Origin: Patescibacteria group bacterium
GTDB taxonomy: Bacteria > Patescibacteriota > Minisyncoccia > Phycocordibacterales > WO2-35-19
Direction of reading: 5' to 3'
Length of the DNA stretch: 64,000 nt
Assembly (NCBI GenBank): GCA_038065655.1
Contig: JBBTQO010000009.1
Coordinates: 218 to 64,217, forward strand
A model generated the notes under the pieces. That model did no database searches, was not told the DNA's origin, and was given only the letters and a program-made list of their open reading frames with translations. Shown one piece after another: positions 43,877 to 54,125 of this stretch. A program made the position numbers and the translations under genes. The first letter of the stretch is position 1. Every line of letters starts with the position of its first letter.

Positions 43877-45415
43877 ATGTCATATGCTAAAGTTCACAGC
43901 GCGCAGGCCAATCTTTTAAAACCTTATATTGTTGATGTAGAAGCAGACCTTTCTAGAGGTCTGAATTCTTTTTCCATTGTCGGTTTGGGTGATAAAGCAG
44001 TAGAAGAAGCAAAAGATAGAATCAGTGCTGCCGTTAAAAATACCGGCTTTGAATCTCCAAAATCTAAAAATCATAAAGTAATTATTTCTTTAGCGCCAGC
44101 TGAAATCAGAAAAGAAGGCTCCGGGCTTGATGTGGCGATTGCTCTTTCCTATCTTTTGGCTAGTGGTGATATCATCTTTAATCCCAAATATAAAATATTT
44201 TTAGGCGAACTTTCCCTGGATGGATATTTGCGACCAGTCAAAGGCGCTTTAGCTTTCACTAGAAAAGCTAAAGAGGCTGGTTTTAGAGAAATATATTTAC
44301 CAATCCAAAATGCCCCAGAGGCAGCTCTAGTGGATGGCGTTAAAATTTATGGAGCCGAAACTTTAAAAGAAATTATAAATCATATTGCTGAGGATTCAGA
44401 TATAAATCAAAAAATAAAACCAGAAAAGAGAAGGGAAATCAAAAATTTGCATGATATTTCACTTGATTTGGCAGATATTAAAGGTCAAGAAGCGGCCAAA
44501 CGAGCGCTTGAGATAGCCGCTGCCGGAGGACATAACATTGCTCTCTATGGTCCACCGGGTACAGGCAAGACAATGTTAGCTAAAGCATTACCAGGCATTT
44601 TACCACCACTTTCGTTTGACGAAGCTCTAGAGGTGACTGAAATACATTCCATGACTGGGGCTTTGAATGATAATTTAGTAGCCGAAAGACCTTTCCGCTC
44701 TCCACATCACACTGCCTCCTATGTTGCTTTGATTGGTGGTGGCACTAATCCGAGACCGGGGGAGGTCACTTTGGCCCACAAGGGAATATTATTTCTTGAC
44801 GAATTTCCAGAATTTGAAAACAAAGCGATTGAATCTTTGCGGGAGCCATTAGAGGAAAAAGTAGTTTCGGTTTCGCGAGCCCGCGGTACTGTCAAATTTC
44901 CCGCTCATTTTATATTGGTCGCTGCTATGAACCCATGTCCTTGTGGTAATTTTGGTATCAAAGGTAAACCCTGTATTTGCGCGCCGCTTCAAATTGAGAG
45001 ATACAAGAGAAAAATATCTGGACCCATAATAGATCGTATTGACATCTGGACGGAAGTTTCCAAAGTTGATCACGAGAAACTTACTGAAAAAGCTGAAAAA
45101 AGTGAAAGTATTCCCGCAAGAGAAAGAATAATGAAAGCCAGAAATATTCAAGAGAAAAGATTCAAAGATGCTGGTAGAAAAATAAGTACTAACTCTGAAA
45201 TGAGTGCCAGAGATATTACTCTTATTTTAAAAATATCTGATGATGTTAAAGAAATTTTAAATAAATCGGCTCGCACCTTAGATCTTTCCGCCCGCTCCTA
45301 TCACAAAATTATTAAACTGGCTCGTACTATCGCCGACCTAGACTCCTCTCTAGAAATTTCTCCCTCCCACATCCTCGAAGCCATCTCTTACCGCCCCAAA
45401 CAGCAACAGTATTAA
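43877..45415 (+). CDS. YifB/ComM-family Mg-chelatase-like AAA+ ATPase
   Basis: IKGQEAAKRALEIAAAGGHNIALYGPPGTGKTMLAKALPGILPPL. Confidence 0.85.
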   Translation: MSYAKVHSAQANLLKPYIVDVEADLSRGLNSFSIVGLGDKAVEEAKDRISAAVKNTGFESPKSKNHKVIISLAPAEIRKEGSGLDVAIALSYLLASGDIIFNPKYKIFLGELSLDGYLRPVKGALAFTRKAKEAGFREIYLPIQNAPEAALVDGVKIYGAETLKEIINHIAEDSDINQKIKPEKRREIKNLHDISLDLADIKGQEAAKRALEIAAAGGHNIALYGPPGTGKTMLAKALPGILPPLSFDEALEVTEIHSMTGALNDNLVAERPFRSPHHTASYVALIGGGTNPRPGEVTLAHKGILFLDEFPEFENKAIESLREPLEEKVVSVSRARGTVKFPAHFILVAAMNPCPCGNFGIKGKPCICAPLQIERYKRKISGPIIDRIDIWTEVSKVDHEKLTEKAEKSESIPARERIMKARNIQEKRFKDAGRKISTNSEMSARDITLILKISDDVKEILNKSARTLDLSARSYHKIIKLARTIADLDSSLEISPSHILEAISYRPKQQQY

Positions 45416-45422
45416 AATTATT

Positions 45423-46313
45423 ATGAAAAAAGTTTACTTTATTACTTTTGTTTTTGTTATTTTGTTTGGTAGCTTTTTTTTGTATGAAAAAAGAGAAGTT
45501 AAAATTTTGTTTGTTGGTGATATGAATTTTGATCGCTATATTAGGCAAGTGGGGGAGAATAAAGGCGAAGATTTCGTTTTTTCTTGCATTAGCAATTTTT
45601 TGAAAGATTCTGATTTGGTGGTTGGCAATTTGGAGGGACCAATTACCGATAATTCATCAGTCAGTTTAGGAAGTGTAATAGAAAGTTCAGAGAATTACAC
45701 TTTTACTTTCCCTCCAAATACTGCCAAACTTTTAGCCAAAAATAATATAAAACTAGTGAATCTTGGCAATAATCATATAGGCAATTTTGGTAACGAAGGA
45801 ATCACTTCAACTAAAAAATATTTAAATAAAGCTGGGGTTAATTATTTATACAATAATGAAATATATCGCACTAAAATTGGTGGCACAAAAATAAGTTTTA
45901 TTTCCTTCAATGAATTTGGTGGAGATTCTCCAGAAAAAGTAGCTCAAAGTATTTTAGAGGAGAAAGCTAATAAGCAGATGGTTTTTGTTTATGCTCATTG
46001 GGGAGATGAATATATTAAGCCACCAAAAAGAGTTAAAGATAATGCAAAAATGTTTGCTGAAACTGGAGCAGATTTAATTATCGGTTCTCATCCGCATATT
46101 ATTTTACCTTCTGACCCTTCGATAAACTCATGGCAGGAAAAATATCAAACAATTGTTTACTACTCATTGGGAAATTTTATATTTGACCAATATTGGAATA
46201 AAGATGTTTCAACTGGGCTGGTTTTGGAAGTTGATATTAAAAATGGTGAACTCAGTGTTATTGAACATCAAGTTTCTTTGAATCGTGACGGCCGAACGTG
46301 TTTGGTAAATTAA
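45423..46313 (+). CDS. CapA/PGA_cap-family metallophosphatase-like protein
   Basis: Signal anchor. ...NLGNNHIGNFGNEGI...AHWGDEY...GSHPH are CapA-like motifs. Confidence 0.65.
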   Translation: MKKVYFITFVFVILFGSFFLYEKREVKILFVGDMNFDRYIRQVGENKGEDFVFSCISNFLKDSDLVVGNLEGPITDNSSVSLGSVIESSENYTFTFPPNTAKLLAKNNIKLVNLGNNHIGNFGNEGITSTKKYLNKAGVNYLYNNEIYRTKIGGTKISFISFNEFGGDSPEKVAQSILEEKANKQMVFVYAHWGDEYIKPPKRVKDNAKMFAETGADLIIGSHPHIILPSDPSINSWQEKYQTIVYYSLGNFIFDQYWNKDVSTGLVLEVDIKNGELSVIEHQVSLNRDGRTCLVN

Positions 46314-46786
46314 ATTTGTGGAGATGCCGATATTGAAACCGGATGCAAATAAGTTTTGATAATGCTTCTACGCGATGTAGTTAATTTTATTCTGTTTTGC
46401 AACAGAAATTTGATATTTGTTCTAAAAAATTAACAAAACAAACAAATATCTAGTTTCTTATTTCAAAAACAAGCCGAAACATTTCTTGTTTTTAAAGTCC
46501 GAAGTTATTACAATTCCTTTCTCTAACAGACTTCAAGAGGGAACCGTCGCTTAGGGGAACTTAAAATTAAGTTCTAACGTAAGCGAAAGCAAAATCGTTG
46601 ACTCCAAAATATGGAGAAACAACAGACTTAGCTTGTGCAAGAATGTTTTTAGCATTTATGCTTTGGAAACTTTTTAAGAGTTTTTCCAGCTCTATCGCGC
46701 GCATTGTCAAAGAATCTCATCTGTCTAAACCTGTCATCCCCCTAAAACATTTTATGAAATAAAATATTTTGGGCGAACTTTTGGTT

Positions 46787-47227
46787 TTAATTTTTTATCT
46801 CTCGCCTTATCTCTCGCTCAACATCACGCTTTTTAATAGTCTCGCGTTTGTCGTATTTTTTCTTACCACGGACAATAGCAATCTCTAATTTTAGCTTCCT
46901 ACCCTTATTATACACCGAAAGGGGTACGATCGTCAACCCCTTTTGATTTTCTGACTTAGTTAGGTCAGTTATTTCTTTTTTAGTCAAAAGTAGACGGCGG
47001 TTTCGTAAAGGATTGTAATCATTTGGGGTGTTGGCTGGCTGATAGGGAGGAATCTGCATATTTATCACAAAGGCTTCATTCCCTCGCAAAGTAATATGGG
47101 CGCCTTCCAAAGAGCCCTGACCCTTTTTTAATGATTTAACTTCAAAACCAAGTAATTCTATACCCGCCTCGGTTTTTTCGAGTATTTCATAATTAAAATG
47201 TGCTTTTTTGTTCTGTATTAAAGGCAT
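46787..47227 (-). CDS. smpB: SsrA-binding protein
   Basis: NKKAHFNYEILEKTEAGIELLGFEVKSLK...AHITLRGNEAFVINMQIPPY are SmpB signatures. Confidence 0.9.
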   Translation of the reverse strand: MPLIQNKKAHFNYEILEKTEAGIELLGFEVKSLKKGQGSLEGAHITLRGNEAFVINMQIPPYQPANTPNDYNPLRNRRLLLTKKEITDLTKSENQKGLTIVPLSVYNKGRKLKLEIAIVRGKKKYDKRETIKKRDVEREIRREIKN

Positions 47228-47264
47228 ATTCGATATTTTAACATTTTTATGCTATTATTGTCTT

Positions 47265-47354
47265 GTCACCAAATCAAAATGAAAATTCGCAAAAGTCCTC
47301 GGATCCCGGCTTCGCTTCGGCCAGACTTTTGAAATTTTATTTTGATTTGGTGAC
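47265..47354 (+). repeat. Family-D nested-IR element with perfect 16-bp outer IR
   Basis: gtcaccaaatcaaaat-gaaaattcgcaaaagtcctcggatc...ccagacttttgaaatttt-attttgatttggtgac. Lies in the divergent smpB/ftsH promoter region. Confidence 0.55.
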
Positions 47355-47363
47355 TGCAAAAAT

Positions 47364-49268
47364 ATGGCAAAACAAAAACTAAACAAAAAAAATATTGAAA
47401 AAAAGCCGGAGGGAGGAATTAAAAACTCGTTTTTTAGTAATTTTCTGATAAGCGTTCTCATTTTGTTTTTTGTAGTTTCTATATATTCTTTGATTTCTAA
47501 TAACAAAAGCAAACCCGAAATTAGTATTTCCGAACTGGCCAAAGCGGTGCAAGTCGGTGATGTTAAAGAAATTTCAGTCAAAAGTGATTCTATAGATGCC
47601 ACATTTAAAGATGGGGTTATTAAAACTTCCAAAAAAGAAGACACTGCTGGTCTTACTGAAACTCTTTCTGCCTACGGAGTGACCACCGAAGAACTTGGCA
47701 AAATAAAAGTAAGCGTTGACCAGGGTGGCGGCTTTTTCTATTGGTTCTTAAATCTTTCACCTATATTATTCCCCATACTTTTTATTGCGGTTTTCATTTG
47801 GATGATGACCCGCCAGATAAAGGGAGCTGGTATGCAAGCCTTTTCTTTTGGTCAATCAAGGGCCAGGCTGACGGCGCCGGATGACCAGAAACAAAGAGTA
47901 ACTTTTAAAGATGTGGCTGGTTGTAAAGAAGCCAAAGAAGAACTTTCCGAAATTGTAGATTTTCTTAAAAATCCTAAAAAGTTTCTAGAAATTGGCGCCA
48001 GAATTCCCAAGGGTATTCTATTGATGGGCGCTCCAGGAACAGGCAAAACTCTTTTAGCTAGAGCAGTTGCTGGCGAAGCGGGAGTGGCTTTCTTTTCAAT
48101 CTCTGGTTCTGAATTCGTAGAAATGTTTGTCGGGGTAGGTGCTTCTCGAGTGCGCGACCTTTTCCAAATAGCCAAAAAAGCGGCACCAGCCATTATATTT
48201 ATGGATGAGATTGATGCAGTTGGTAGAGTGAGAGGTGGAGGCTTGGGTGGTGGCAATGATGAGAGGGAGCAAACTCTAAACCAAATTTTAGTTGAGATGG
48301 ATGGTTTTGAACCTGCTGAGAAGGTAGTAGTGATGGCGGCCACCAACAGGCCTGATGTATTAGACCCAGCCTTATTGCGCCCAGGCAGATTTGACCGCCG
48401 AGTGACTATTGATTTACCTGACCGAGCTGATAGAGAAGAAATTTTAAAAATACATTCCAAAGAAAAACCTTTTGCTGAAGATGTAAATTTGATGGTTATC
48501 GCCGAACGAACTCCCGGTTTTTCTGGCGCCGATTTATATTCTCTTATGAATGAAGGAGCTATTTTGGCAGCTAGGGAAAACAGGACCAAAGTTTCTCAAT
48601 TTGATTTGGTGCGTTCTATTGAAAAGGTAATGCTCGGCCCAGAAAGACGCAGTCATATTTTATCCAAAAAAGAAAAAGAAATTACCGCATATCACGAAGC
48701 TGGTCACGCCCTAGTCGCTAGCATTTTACCTTACGCTGATCCGGTTCATAAAATTTCAATTATTTCTCGTGGTCGAGCGGCCGGTTATACTCTCAAATTA
48801 CCCATTGAAGACAGAAGACTTCAATCTAAAAAAGAATTTCTAGATGATATTGCTATGTCTCTGGGTGGTTATGTCACGGAGAAAATGGTTTTTGGTGATT
48901 TGACCACTGGACCATCAAACGATTTACAGGTTTCCACCGCTTTGGCTCGCGATATGGTCACTAAATATGGCATGTCAGAAAATATGGGACCGATTGCTCT
49001 TGAGGGGACAGAGGGCAAAGCTCTCTTTGGCCGAGGAGTGAATGAAAAAGAATATTCAGAAGAAGTGAGTGCTCTTATAGATAAAGAAGTTTCCAAAATA
49101 ATGAAAGATGCTCACGATAAAGCAGAGAAAATAATTACCGAGCATCGTCCCCTCCTTGATGTTATTGCTCGGCGGTTGATTGAAGTAGAAAACATTGAAC
49201 GTGAAGAATTTGAAAACATTCTTATTACAAACGGTGTTCAACCTAAAAGAAAAGAGGAATTGGTTTAA
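47364..49268 (+). CDS. ftsH: ATP-dependent zinc metalloprotease FtsH
   Basis: Two TM segments. [28 protein letters not shown]. Zinc site HEAGHAL. Confidence 0.95.
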   Translation: MAKQKLNKKNIEKKPEGGIKNSFFSNFLISVLILFFVVSIYSLISNNKSKPEISISELAKAVQVGDVKEISVKSDSIDATFKDGVIKTSKKEDTAGLTETLSAYGVTTEELGKIKVSVDQGGGFFYWFLNLSPILFPILFIAVFIWMMTRQIKGAGMQAFSFGQSRARLTAPDDQKQRVTFKDVAGCKEAKEELSEIVDFLKNPKKFLEIGARIPKGILLMGAPGTGKTLLARAVAGEAGVAFFSISGSEFVEMFVGVGASRVRDLFQIAKKAAPAIIFMDEIDAVGRVRGGGLGGGNDEREQTLNQILVEMDGFEPAEKVVVMAATNRPDVLDPALLRPGRFDRRVTIDLPDRADREEILKIHSKEKPFAEDVNLMVIAERTPGFSGADLYSLMNEGAILAARENRTKVSQFDLVRSIEKVMLGPERRSHILSKKEKEITAYHEAGHALVASILPYADPVHKISIISRGRAAGYTLKLPIEDRRLQSKKEFLDDIAMSLGGYVTEKMVFGDLTTGPSNDLQVSTALARDMVTKYGMSENMGPIALEGTEGKALFGRGVNEKEYSEEVSALIDKEVSKIMKDAHDKAEKIITEHRPLLDVIARRLIEVENIEREEFENILITNGVQPKRKEELV

Positions 49269-49377
49269 ATATTTTTTGTTACGTTTTGATTTCTCGCCAT
49301 TTTTCTGGTTATCCACCTTGTTGTTGGTATTAAACGAACCTTTGAATTATAATGTAAAAAACATAATTTAAAGGTTT

Positions 49378-50058
49378 ATGAAACGACTACAAAAGGAAAA
49401 AGAAGAAGCAATAAGAATGAGATTAGGGGGGATGAGTTATTCTCAAATAAAATCAAAAATTAAAGTAAGCAAGAGCTCTCTTAGTGCTTGGCTTGCTAAA
49501 TATCCGTTGTCTGATGAGAGAATTAGAGAATTAAGGGATGTTAATCCTAGAAGAATAGAAAATTACAGAAAAACCATGGCACTCAAATGGCAAGCCAAAC
49601 TAAATGTTGCTCTTGAGAAAGCCAAAAAAGACATTAAACATCTTTCAAAAAGAGAATTATTTATTTTAGGTTTTGCACTATATTGGGCAGAAGGTGGGAA
49701 GACTCGAAAGAGCACATTACATTTTGGAAACACTGACCCCGACATGTTGAAAGTTTTTGTTAAATGGCTTATATTATTGGGAGTTCCTAAGGAGAGACTA
49801 AGGGTCAAACTTCATATGTATAAAGATATGGACAAGGAGAAAACTATTTCTTTTTGGGAAAAAACACTTGGAATTAAATCCGATCAATTTGGAAAACCGT
49901 ATGTCAAAAATTCTTATCTGACGGGGTTGACTTACAAACATGGTTTTGGACACGGTACATGTAATATTGTTTATCATAATACTGAATTGGCAAGCTATGT
50001 TTTGATGGGAATAAGGCATATTATAAATGATTTGATTGATTCAAAAATGCGCGCTTAG
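49378..50058 (+). CDS. HTH + LAGLIDADG-like domain protein
   Basis: 226 aa. N-terminal HTH (GGMSYSQIKSKIKVSKSSLSAWL). LGFALYWAEGGK resembles a LAGLIDADG catalytic motif followed by NTDPDMLKVFVKWLILLGV. Paralog of the partial gene at 1..611. Its last 10 nt overlap the tRNA-Ile(TAT) gene. Confidence 0.5.
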   Translation: MKRLQKEKEEAIRMRLGGMSYSQIKSKIKVSKSSLSAWLAKYPLSDERIRELRDVNPRRIENYRKTMALKWQAKLNVALEKAKKDIKHLSKRELFILGFALYWAEGGKTRKSTLHFGNTDPDMLKVFVKWLILLGVPKERLRVKLHMYKDMDKEKTISFWEKTLGIKSDQFGKPYVKNSYLTGLTYKHGFGHGTCNIVYHNTELASYVLMGIRHIINDLIDSKMRA

Positions 50059-50121
50059 CTCAGTTGGTAGAGCATTCCGCTTATACCGGAACGGTCGGGG
50101 GTTCGAGACCCTCAGCGCGCA
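50049..50121 (+). tRNA. tRNA with anticodon TAT (AUA-decoding tRNA-Ile-like)
   Basis: Acceptor GCGCGCT/AGCGCGC, D-arm GCTC-AGTTGGTA-GAGC, anticodon stem TTCCG/CGGAA with loop CTTATAC, T-loop TTCGAGA, discriminator A. Followed by a terminator at 50135..50160. Confidence 0.65.
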
Positions 50122-50134
50122 CAGCGTTAAGAAA

Positions 50135-50160
50135 AACCTGCACTGTTGCAGGTTTTTTAG
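50135..50160 (+). terminator. intrinsic terminator after the tRNA
   Basis: AAAAACCTGCA-ctgt-TGCAGGTTTTT. Confidence 0.6.
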
Positions 50161-50275
50161 CTGTGCGAGCCGGAGCCATGTTTTGCTAGCAAGCAAAACA
50201 GGCGAGGCGGGGTCGCGGAAATTTCGTTTTGAAGAAAACGAAATTATCTGTGACCACAAAGTCGTATTTTTTTAT

Positions 50276-52471
50276 TCACTCCATATGCACTGTGGTTTTT
50301 TCTGCCAGGTGCTTCGCGAGGAGGGGGTAATTTTTTAATTCAAAATCTTTTTCAATTAAAGTATGAGCTTCCAAACGAGCAGCTTCAACCATTTTGATAT
50401 TGCGGAGCGCTTCCATGGCAAGGTCAGAGACACCCCACTGTTTGGCACCAGCCAAATCACCACTGCCTCTTTGTTGTAAGTCGGCTTCAGCTAACTCAAA
50501 ACCATTATGGGCGGTGGTAAAAGATTTTAGGCGAGAGATAGTTTTTTGGGATTTACTATCGGCGAAAACAAAACAATATGGTTTGTAGGAACTGCGAAGA
50601 ACTCTACCCCGAAGCTGATGCAGTTGAGCTAAGCCAAACCTCTCGGCGTTTTCTATTATGATAACCGTGGCATTGGGTATATTTACTCCCACCTCCACTA
50701 CAGAGGTGGCCACCAAAATATCAATTTTTTTATCCTTGAAATCTCTCATCACATTTTCTTTTTCCATCGGTTTTAATTTACCGGTGATAGCCCCCACTTT
50801 AAATTCAGGGAAAACCTTTTTTTGCAGTCTTTCAGTTTCAGATTTTACTGATTTGGCATTGATAGTGTTTTCTTTATCTGGATCCGGGTCATTTACTCGC
50901 GGGCAAACAACAAAAACTTGCCGACCTGTTTTTAATTCTTCCCTTACTCTTTCATAAATTTCTTCTCTTTGGTGAGGCAAAACAATTTTTGTTTCCGGAA
51001 TTTGTCTGCCAGCCGGTAATTCGTCTAGCAGAGATAAATCCAAATCGCCAAAAATTGTTAAGGCCAGTGTGCGGGGGATGGGGGTAGCGGTCATACTAAG
51101 TAAATGTGGAGCAATATCATGCTTACGACGTAGTTGCATTCTTTGTTTAACACCAAAACGGTGTTGCTCGTCTATGATTATTAGAGCTAAATTTTTAAAT
51201 TGGACGGTTTTTTGAATTAAGGCATGAGTGCCAATCAAAATAGGTATTTCACCATTAGCCACCCATTTTAGAAGTTGTGGTTTAGATATTTTGGTCCAAG
51301 CCAAGGTCGGACCTTTGGGACCGGAGCAGTTTAAGGTCCGACCTTGGCTTGTCTTGGAAGGAAATTTTTTTGCGCCACTGCCGGTAATGAGGCCGACCGA
51401 TAATTTATATTTGGCAAAATATTCTATAAAAGATTCAAAATGTTGCTCGGCCAAAATTTCGGTGGGTGCCATATAGGCAACTTGCAAATTGCCGTATTCT
51501 CTATTTAGAGGAGCGGTAGTTACAGTGGCGAAACTGGCAGTGGCGGCCACCGCTGTTTTACCAGAACCAACATCTCCTTCAAGCAGGCGTGACATTGGGT
51601 GGCCAGTTTTAAAATCGCTCAGTATTACTTCAATTGATTTATTTTGAGCGCTAGTTAAGGGGAAGGGGAATGTATCTATAAAATCTTTTATTTCTTTGTC
51701 TTTTTTTGAAATTAAAAAAGATTTTTCTTTTTGGGCGATATATTTTTCTTTCTGGCGGTCAAGCTGAATAAAAAATATTTCCTCAAAAGCAAATCTTTTT
51801 CTGGCTATTTCGGCGTCTTCTTTTTTGCGTGGAGCATGTATCCAAATGAGAGAGGTTTTGAGTGATGGTAAATTATATTTTTTTAAAATTTCTAGTGGAA
51901 TGGGGTCTATCAAATTGTCTAAAAACTCGGAAGAAAATATTTTTTGGATGGCATGATAAATCCAATTGGTAGAAATACTGCGGCTTTCCGAATAAACGGG
52001 GGAGAGGTTATGATTGTCTTCGCCGGTAAACAAAGAGCCGCTGGTTCCCTCGGGTATTTCTGACACTTTTTCTATTTTTGGATTAGAAAAATAGAGCTCT
52101 CCCTTTCTTTCTGAAATTTTTCCTTCAATCCTCACCAGTGATCCTTCAAAATACATTTTGGCTATGTAAGGCTGAGAAAACCAAATAATTTTAACTTTGC
52201 CAGTAGTGTCTTCTATCTCTGCCGTTGAAATGGCTACTCTGGATTTAAAAGTTTTGGCTGTTTTTAATTTAGAAATTCTACCAAAGACAACGGCATTTTC
52301 CCCGACGTTTAAAAATTCTATCGCTTTTACATCTCCCGCTTCTCCGTATCTGGTGGGGAAATGTCTCAATAAATCTTCGGTTGTTTTGAGACGCATTTTA
52401 GCCAACGCTTTTTTTTGAAAAGGAGAAAGTCTAAAAATTTGTTCAAGCGGAGTATCTGTTTGAATTTTCAT
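50276..52471 (-). CDS. recG: ATP-dependent DNA helicase RecG (with in-frame palindromic insertion)
   Basis: Wedge, helicase motifs (GDVGSGKT, DEQHRFG) and C-terminal domain. ...SQGRTLNCSGPKGPTLAW... is encoded by the palindrome at 51295..51349. Confidence 0.9.
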   Translation of the reverse strand: MKIQTDTPLEQIFRLSPFQKKALAKMRLKTTEDLLRHFPTRYGEAGDVKAIEFLNVGENAVVFGRISKLKTAKTFKSRVAISTAEIEDTTGKVKIIWFSQPYIAKMYFEGSLVRIEGKISERKGELYFSNPKIEKVSEIPEGTSGSLFTGEDNHNLSPVYSESRSISTNWIYHAIQKIFSSEFLDNLIDPIPLEILKKYNLPSLKTSLIWIHAPRKKEDAEIARKRFAFEEIFFIQLDRQKEKYIAQKEKSFLISKKDKEIKDFIDTFPFPLTSAQNKSIEVILSDFKTGHPMSRLLEGDVGSGKTAVAATASFATVTTAPLNREYGNLQVAYMAPTEILAEQHFESFIEYFAKYKLSVGLITGSGAKKFPSKTSQGRTLNCSGPKGPTLAWTKISKPQLLKWVANGEIPILIGTHALIQKTVQFKNLALIIIDEQHRFGVKQRMQLRRKHDIAPHLLSMTATPIPRTLALTIFGDLDLSLLDELPAGRQIPETKIVLPHQREEIYERVREELKTGRQVFVVCPRVNDPDPDKENTINAKSVKSETERLQKKVFPEFKVGAITGKLKPMEKENVMRDFKDKKIDILVATSVVEVGVNIPNATVIIIENAERFGLAQLHQLRGRVLRSSYKPYCFVFADSKSQKTISRLKSFTTAHNGFELAEADLQQRGSGDLAGAKQWGVSDLAMEALRNIKMVEAARLEAHTLIEKDFELKNYPLLAKHLAEKTTVHME
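51295..51349 (-). mobile_element. in-frame palindromic mini-insertion element, copy 2
   Basis: Perfect 19-bp arms CAAGCCAAGGTCGGACCTT / AAGGTCCGACCTTGGCTTG around the loop tgggaccggagcagttt. This loop is the reverse complement of copy 1's loop, i.e. it is the same on the coding strand. Confidence 0.7.
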
Positions 52472-52473
52472 TA

Positions 52474-52734
52474 CTATTGGGGCGCTATTTCATTTAGAGT
52501 GCCGTCTTCAAATATGGCATCTGGTGGAATGGGACAGTCCTCAAATTCACAATTTGGGCCAGTGCGACCGACATAACTGCCATCTGGACAAAGTTTGGCC
52601 TCCATTGTACAAGCTACCGATGGGGTATCATTGGGATTTTTGTATTCTATTGGATCTGGGTTATAAATATAAAGCAGGCCTCCGAGAATGAAGACGACGA
52701 TGATAAATATAAATACAAAAATTTTGTTGTTCAT
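52474..52734 (-). CDS. small membrane-anchored Cys-rich protein
   Basis: MNNKIFVFIFIIVVFILGGLLYIY (TM) followed by a C...C...C...C ectodomain. The longer track ORF would overlap the tRNA-Ser. Confidence 0.45.
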   Translation of the reverse strand: MNNKIFVFIFIIVVFILGGLLYIYNPDPIEYKNPNDTPSVACTMEAKLCPDGSYVGRTGPNCEFEDCPIPPDAIFEDGTLNEIAPQ

Positions 52735-52735
52735 C

Positions 52736-52827
52736 TGGCGGAGGGGGAGGGATTCGAACCCTCGGTGCCTTTTAAAGGGCACGCATCTTTAGCAAAGATG
52801 CACGATAGACCACTCTGACACCCCTCC
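52736..52827 (-). tRNA. tRNA-Ser (anticodon GCT), CCA encoded
   Basis: Minus strand: GGAGGGG...anticodon stem CATCT/AGATG with loop TTGCTAA, long variable arm, T-loop TTCGAAT, acceptor CCCCTCC, G, then CCA. Confidence 0.8.
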
Positions 52828-52915
52828 AACGAATTTAGATTAGCATATTTATTATGTTGACTCCAGAAGTTATATTTGTTAGTCTATATTGGCCCGAAAG
52901 GGCATTTTAATAGAT

Positions 52916-53101
52916 ATGGCAAAAACTTCAGTTATAGCAAGGTCTTTAAAGAAGCCGAAATTTAGCACTCGGATCGTTAGACGATGCTTCAAATGCGGCC
53001 GAGGCAGAGCATATATGGGAGATTTCGGTCTCTGCAGGATATGTTTTAGGGAACTAGCCAATGAAGGGAGAATTCCGGGAGTTAAGAAATCATCTTGGTA
53101 A
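52916..53101 (+). CDS. rpsN: 30S ribosomal protein S14 type Z (zinc-binding)
   Basis: [61 protein letters not shown]. Confidence 0.9.
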   Translation: MAKTSVIARSLKKPKFSTRIVRRCFKCGRGRAYMGDFGLCRICFRELANEGRIPGVKKSSW

Positions 53102-53164
53102 GTCCCTCGACTTCGCTCGGGATAAATCGAGTGGGGAATAAAAGAGATACTGCCTCGAAAAAAC

Positions 53165-53557
53165 ATGAACGATCCAATAGGAGATTTTATAATAAGAATT
53201 AAAAATGCTGGGAATGTAGGCAAAGAAAGTATTTCGCTGCCTTTTTCTAAAGTTAAATTAGCCATTGCTGAATTACTTTCGGCTAAGGGTTATATTGGCG
53301 CAGTCAGCCAAAAGAGCAAAGGCAATGCTAAATATTTAAATGTAGTTTTGCTTTATACCGAAAATAGAAGTCCAGTGATTTCAGGCGTCAAAAGAATATC
53401 AAAACCTTCCAGACGTTTATACGAAAAAGCCAAAAGTATAAAGAGATTTCGTCGAGGTTTTGGTTTATCAGTTTTCTCTACTCCCAAAGGCATTATGGCA
53501 GATGTGGATGCTAAGAAAGAAAATTTAGGAGGAGAATTTTTGTTTAATATATGGTAG
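53165..53557 (+). CDS. rpsH: 30S ribosomal protein S8
   Basis: MNDPIGDFIIRIKNA...GEFLFNIW. Confidence 0.9.
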   Translation: MNDPIGDFIIRIKNAGNVGKESISLPFSKVKLAIAELLSAKGYIGAVSQKSKGNAKYLNVVLLYTENRSPVISGVKRISKPSRRLYEKAKSIKRFRRGFGLSVFSTPKGIMADVDAKKENLGGEFLFNIW

Positions 53558-53586
53558 TTCGACTACGCTCACTATAAATAATCACA

Positions 53587-54120
53587 ATGAGTAGAATAGG
53601 TAAAAAAGGAATATTGGTACCAGAAAAAACAGAAACCACTTTTAATAATGGAGTTTTTTCAGTAAAAGGCCCAAAGGGTTCTTTGGAAAGAAGTTTCAAA
53701 TCAGACATTTCTATCAAAATTGATGGCAAAGATATTTCTCTTTCTTTAACTAAAGAAAATAAACAAACTAAAGCTTTGTGGGGAACCTATGCCTCACATA
53801 TTAAAAATATGGTTAAAGGTGTGAATGATGGTTTTGAGAAAAAACTTATTTTGGAAGGAGTGGGTTTCAAGTCTCAGGTGAGTGGCAATAAACTAGTTTT
53901 AGCTTTGGGTTTTTCTCATCCGGTAGAAGTTATTATCCCTGCAGGACTAGAAGTGAAGGCTGAAAAAAATCTTTTGACCATATCAGGTATTGATAAGGAA
54001 TTGGTTGGTAGTTTTACTGCTAAAATCAGATCTCTGAAAAAACCAGAACCATACAAAGGCAAAGGTTTCCGTTATCATGATGAAGTTATAAGGAGAAAAC
54101 AAGGGAAGAAATCAGTATAA
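53587..54120 (+). CDS. rplF: 50S ribosomal protein L6
   Basis: MSRIGKKGILVPEKTE...two L6 repeats. Confidence 0.9.
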   Translation: MSRIGKKGILVPEKTETTFNNGVFSVKGPKGSLERSFKSDISIKIDGKDISLSLTKENKQTKALWGTYASHIKNMVKGVNDGFEKKLILEGVGFKSQVSGNKLVLALGFSHPVEVIIPAGLEVKAEKNLLTISGIDKELVGSFTAKIRSLKKPEPYKGKGFRYHDEVIRRKQGKKSV

Positions 54121-54125
54121 AGTTT

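Noticed and set aside
46314-46786. 470-nt intergenic region next to smpB, checked as a possible tmRNA (ssrA) location
   Set aside because: It is AT-rich, with no tRNA-like acceptor/T-arm ends, no CCA, and no tag-peptide reading frame ending in a hydrophobic tail that I could find on either strand.
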